Below the pieces are notes generated by a model. That model was not told where the DNA came from, searched no databases, and saw only the letters and a program-made list of their open reading frames with translations. A stretch of DNA of 64,000 nucleotides from an uncultured bacterium (GTDB taxonomy: Bacteria > Patescibacteriota > JAHJAL01): contig CALKWM010000038.1 of the NCBI GenBank assembly GCA_938004065.1, positions 66,466 to 130,465 of the forward strand. The letters are read 5' to 3'. Each line of letters starts with the position of its first letter. Position 1 is the first letter of the stretch. The position numbers and the translations under genes are program-made. This document shows, one piece after another, positions 60,289-64,000 of the stretch.

Positions 60289-61482
60289 ATGTATAAAAAC
60301 TTTTTGAAGATATTGTTCATAGCAATCTTTGGAACAATCTTGAATACAGGTTTTATTCATGCCAAGCAAGATCTTTATGATGTGTCTGTCTTTACCGCCG
60401 ATAGTTGCGGGCACTGCCAAGATCTAGAAGAATGGCTAAATACAAAACCGGAAATAAAAGTAAAATACTATAACCTCGCCGAAAAAGAAAATGTTGAGCT
60501 GTTTGTAGAGTTTACCGACAAATTTGAAGTAGCCAAAGTTACTCCGATAATTTTAGCGGGAGACAAAGTAATCGAGGGATTCGGGTCGGCACAAACTACC
60601 GGCGGGCAGATTTTGGAGCTGGTTAGCCAAGGGCAAAAGAACAGTTTCGAAAACTTTCTGGCGGAAAATACCAGTTTAAATGATGACGGTGATAATAGTG
60701 CTTGCGATATTGGTGAACGGTGTAGCGAAGGTGAGGGACTGGTGTTTGACGTCCCATTTTTTGGACAAGTCGATTTTTCCGCGTATTCCATGCCCAGTTT
60801 ATCTCTGATTTTTGGTTTTATCGATGGTTTTAACCCATGTGCAATGTGGGTTTTGATAATGTTTATAACTATGATTGCTCAAGCTAAAAGCAAAAGAAAG
60901 ATGTGGGATCTGGTGTTTGTATTTATGATTGCGGAAGCGGTTATGTATTTTGCGATTTTAAATTTATGGTTTTCCACTTGGAATTTTGTGCAACTGGATC
61001 AATATGTAACACCAATAATCGGTTTGGTATCAATCGGTGCCGGCGGATTTTTTCTGTGGGAATACCTGACCACCAAAGCCGGTGAGTGCAAGATTATCAA
61101 TGAGAAAACTCGCATGAGCACCACCAATCGAATAACTCAACTGGTCAATTCTCCACTTTCGATTGCTACATTTTTGGGGACGATCGGGATAGCTTTTTCG
61201 GTCAACGTGGTGGAATTTGCCTGCAGTATCGGCATCCCGCAAGCATTTACCAAAATTTTAGACATCAATGATTACAGTTTCTGGTTGCGGGAATTTTATA
61301 TCGCGCTTTACACCATGGCCTATATGGCTGATGATGTTATCGTTTTTGTAATAGTAATCTATGCTATCTCGTATTTGGCGCTTACAACCAAGTATTCCAA
61401 ATACTGCCAATTGATTGGCGGATTACTGATGCTGCTGCTTGGTGGCATCATGATTTATGATCCGACCTTGCTAAAGTTCTAA
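60289..61482 (+). CDS. Glutaredoxin-like CxxC domain fused to a DsbD/CcdA-like membrane domain
   Basis: Signal peptide, CGHC, then a multi-TM region with DGFNPCAMWVL and VEFACSIGIP; start placed at ATG 60289. Confidence 0.8.
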   Translation: MYKNFLKILFIAIFGTILNTGFIHAKQDLYDVSVFTADSCGHCQDLEEWLNTKPEIKVKYYNLAEKENVELFVEFTDKFEVAKVTPIILAGDKVIEGFGSAQTTGGQILELVSQGQKNSFENFLAENTSLNDDGDNSACDIGERCSEGEGLVFDVPFFGQVDFSAYSMPSLSLIFGFIDGFNPCAMWVLIMFITMIAQAKSKRKMWDLVFVFMIAEAVMYFAILNLWFSTWNFVQLDQYVTPIIGLVSIGAGGFFLWEYLTTKAGECKIINEKTRMSTTNRITQLVNSPLSIATFLGTIGIAFSVNVVEFACSIGIPQAFTKILDINDYSFWLREFYIALYTMAYMADDVIVFVIVIYAISYLALTTKYSKYCQLIGGLLMLLLGGIMIYDPTLLKF

Positions 61483-61495
61483 GTTAATAATTTTT

Positions 61496-61631
61496 TGTCA
61501 TCCTGAACCCGAGATGAGTTCGCCGAATAGGCGGATGAATACTCGAGCGATTCAGGATCTATGGACAAAAAATTTTTTATAGATCCTGAATAGCTTGAAG
61601 CGCCTAAAGGGCTTTCAGGTTCAGGATGACA
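61496..61631. repeat. Inverted REP doublet (REPIN-like; copies 4 and 5) between convergent genes
   Basis: TGTCATCCTGAA...TTCAGGATCT (61496-61560) and AGATCCTGAA...TTCAGGATGACA (61581-61631), separated by a partly palindromic spacer. Confidence 0.8.
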
Positions 61632-61635
61632 AGTC

Positions 61636-62082
61636 TTAGCAATAGATACAATTCAACGCATCCAAACATAATACTCTGACATTGTCCAATAAAAATGTGG
61701 ATGCTTCCAATTCTTCCGCGGAATACCAGTGATAATTTTTTTGTTCATCTTCAGGGATGCAAAGCTGGTCGGTATCACTCCGAGCATAAAAAACCAGATC
61801 GATGTGCTGATGTCCCGGCTGGATGTCTTCCAACAAGATATGAGCGGGACGGGTAAGTTGTCTGGCATCAGATAGATCCATATTGATATCCGGATCGTAG
61901 ATTTCGACATCGAGACCGGATTCTTCTTTGACTTCTCTTAGAGCGGCAGTGGTGGGCAGTTCATCTCGTTCGATATGGCCGCCAACCGGTAACCAGGTAT
62001 TCAATTTTTTATGAAGATGCAGTAAGACTTTTTGATTGTAAACGATGATGGTGGTGGCAGTATAATGACGAGTTGTTTCCAT
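61636..62082 (-). CDS. NUDIX hydrolase
   Basis: Nudix box GGHIERDELPTTAALREVKEESG. Confidence 0.92.
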   Translation of the reverse strand: METTRHYTATTIIVYNQKVLLHLHKKLNTWLPVGGHIERDELPTTAALREVKEESGLDVEIYDPDINMDLSDARQLTRPAHILLEDIQPGHQHIDLVFYARSDTDQLCIPEDEQKNYHWYSAEELEASTFLLDNVRVLCLDALNCIYC

Positions 62083-62140
62083 ATTTTATTTGTAAAAAAA
62101 TAAGTAATTAGTTTTATATTAGCATAGTTGTTAATAATAT

Positions 62141-62175
62141 AAAAAAATCCCGTTTATTAAAAACTGTGGGATTTT
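62141..62175 (-). terminator. Putative intrinsic terminator
   Basis: AAAATCCC...GGGATTTT stem with a T-run on the minus strand, just after the stop at 62194. Confidence 0.45.
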
Positions 62176-62193
62176 AAGATTTTCATAACAAAA

Positions 62194-62979
62194 TTATTTT
62201 TCCAGTAGTATTTCCAGCGCAACCCTATACAACTCTTCACGAGTTTGTTGCCGGTATTGCTGACGTGCCATGTGAGTTGTGTCTTCAACTTTTTCGAAAT
62301 TGGCTAGATCTTCACAGATTTGCAACACAACCACGGCCGGAACTTCAAAGTGGTTGGAAACGGCCAATACTGTTGACCCCTCCATTTCCACTCCAAAGTA
62401 TCCTGTTTTTTGCCAACTTTGGATATCAGTCATGCTTTCACCTAGCATTGCCTGACATGTAGTGGTGGAGCCATTATTTATTTTATATCTTGTAAGTTTT
62501 TGAGTGAATTTTTCGATCAGTTCTTGAGAGGCGCGATGTTGATGAGCGAGAGCGCAACGGGGATTTTTTTCCTGGTATATGCGCGTGGTACTCTCATTGC
62601 CCCAAATAACATCGGGGATGATCAGTTCGTCCGGTTTGATATCGGGATGCAGATTGCCGCAGCTTCCCAATAAAATATTTTTTTGACTGCCAAACAAACA
62701 AGCCAGATGAACGTTTTCCGATAATCTGGTACCGCCGTAAGCGACGTTATACCAGTAAGTCTTATGGTCAAATTTAAATTCAATAATACTATCTAAGAAT
62801 CTTTCCAGTCTTCTGGTGCTTTTTTTGGGTATTTTAAATTTTTTGATAGCTTGAAAAAATATTTTTTCCTGTTTTTGGGAGTAAAAACTACCAAAGTTTA
62901 AAAAACCATCAATACAATAATTCGATGGGAGATGGAATTTTTGTCGCCAGTCATCGACCGTCATTTCATAATAATACAT
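62194..62979 (-). CDS. Nucleoside phosphorylase family protein (PNP/UDP)
   Basis: ILLGSCGNL, LIIPD...GNESTT and GVEMEGSTVLAVS motifs. Confidence 0.8.
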   Translation of the reverse strand: MYYYEMTVDDWRQKFHLPSNYCIDGFLNFGSFYSQKQEKIFFQAIKKFKIPKKSTRRLERFLDSIIEFKFDHKTYWYNVAYGGTRLSENVHLACLFGSQKNILLGSCGNLHPDIKPDELIIPDVIWGNESTTRIYQEKNPRCALAHQHRASQELIEKFTQKLTRYKINNGSTTTCQAMLGESMTDIQSWQKTGYFGVEMEGSTVLAVSNHFEVPAVVVLQICEDLANFEKVEDTTHMARQQYRQQTREELYRVALEILLEK

Positions 62980-63083
62980 TTATTTGTCACATCCTTTTTT
63001 AAAGATCGCAATATGTCTACGTGCTTGTTTTGTATCATCTTTAAGCTGTTCCCGTCAATATTGTTTGGTGGTAAAATCTAGTT

Positions 63084-63707
63084 ATGAAAGATATATATCA
63101 ACAATTGCATATAGTCGATGGCAACAGGCATACTGCACTATCTCGCGAAGAGGGAGAGTTTTTGTATCGATTTGTCAGAGACAGAAAATTTATCAAGACG
63201 TTGGAGATTGGTCTGGCGTATGGTGTTTCGACAGCATACATAATGACGGCGACAAATTCCATTCATTACGCTATCGATCCGTTTCAAAATAGCGAGAAAT
63301 ATGATCGTGCCGGATTAAAAAATATCGAAAAGTTGGGACTCAAGAAAAATTTGAAATATATTGAAGACTTTTCATGTCTGGCTTTGCCAAGTTTGTGTAA
63401 CAAAAATTTTAAATTTGAATTTGTTTTTGTTGATGGCAGTCATAAATTTGACGATCAATTTGTTGATTTTTATTTTATAGATTTGCTACTGGCCGTCGAG
63501 GGTGTGGTTATATTTCATGATGTGTGGACTCCGCAAGTTAGGACTTTGTTGTCCTGGATAGAGACAAACAAAAAGTGTTATCATAAAGTCGATATAGAAA
63601 ACGAAAGTTTTGTGATTATAGAAAAAATTAAAAATGATGACAGGAAATGGTTTGATTTTAAAAGGTTTGCAGTTACAGTGGATGGCAATGTAAGTCGCTA
63701 TATGTAG
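63084..63707 (+). CDS. Class I SAM-dependent methyltransferase (Methyltransf_24-like)
   Basis: TLEIGLAYGVST, AIDPF, FVFVDGSHKFD, GVVIFHD. Confidence 0.88.
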   Translation: MKDIYQQLHIVDGNRHTALSREEGEFLYRFVRDRKFIKTLEIGLAYGVSTAYIMTATNSIHYAIDPFQNSEKYDRAGLKNIEKLGLKKNLKYIEDFSCLALPSLCNKNFKFEFVFVDGSHKFDDQFVDFYFIDLLLAVEGVVIFHDVWTPQVRTLLSWIETNKKCYHKVDIENESFVIIEKIKNDDRKWFDFKRFAVTVDGNVSRYM

Positions 63708-63758
63708 TGGCATACTTTTTTTAAAAAAAATTTTTAGTCAAAATTTGACGTCAAAAAA

Positions 63759-64000
63759 ATGAATGATATGAAAAAATCAACTAAACAGCGCAGTTGCGTC
63801 GGTTGTCGGAAAAAAGCGGATAAATCCGAGTTTTTGCGAATTGTTTTCTTTGATAAAAAATTGGTGGTAGATACAGAACAAAAATTGGATGGTCGAGGTT
63901 GTTATTTGTGTTTGAAAAAAGATTGCTTGACTATGGCTATCAAACGCAATGCTTTTAACTATCGACTGAAGCAAAAAGTATCCAAAGAAGAATTGGCGAG
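63759..64000 (+). CDS. ylxR: YlxR/DUF448 (RnpM) family RNA-binding protein, partial
   Basis: Manual translation MNDMKKSTKQRSCVGCRKKADKSEFLRIV...KLDGRGCYLCLKKDCL...; runs off the window and is not in the ORF track. Confidence 0.85.
   Translation, partial: MNDMKKSTKQRSCVGCRKKADKSEFLRIVFFDKKLVVDTEQKLDGRGCYLCLKKDCLTMAIKRNAFNYRLKQKVSKEELA

Noticed and set aside
11848-61631. CRISPR array or tRNA/ncRNA interpretation of the palindromes
   Set aside because: Copies are dispersed with no regular repeat-spacer period, no cas genes are present, and there is no cloverleaf or T-loop motif.

Overview
About 40% GC bacterial window that looks like Patescibacteria/CPR (inference from AT-rich leaders without Shine-Dalgarno sites, eno plus a bifunctional PGI/PMI, and CPR-type protein families; TGA serves as a stop, so code 11). 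Bases 1-50,551 are a minus-strand array of four giant surface proteins (3514, 2577, 3739 and 6053 aa; 47.7 kb, about 74% of the window), an intercalated methyltransferase-like gene, and a partial fibre-like gene missed by the ORF track. All four giants begin with a membrane anchor and a shared module ending YP(V/I)x(I/F)DPT. They carry shuffled LamG, DUF2341, beta-propeller and beta-helix cargo, and three end in a shared WxL/pilin-like C-terminal domain. Two near-identical sigma70 promoter cassettes precede the two giant-gene transcription units. Between eno and PGI/PMI is an accessory island with two AAA_14/DUF4143 ATPases, a Fic protein, and a gene with the hallmarks of a diversity-generating retroelement (DGR) target. 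That gene is split by one in-frame TAA, and its 3' constant tail plus hairpin (115 bp) is duplicated exactly 2760 bp away. No RT or TR is visible in the window. Also present: a family of TGTCATCC REP-like palindromes with nested hairpin insertions, a GTAG-type REP doublet inserted in frame in a giant gene, and ordinary metabolic genes at the right end.
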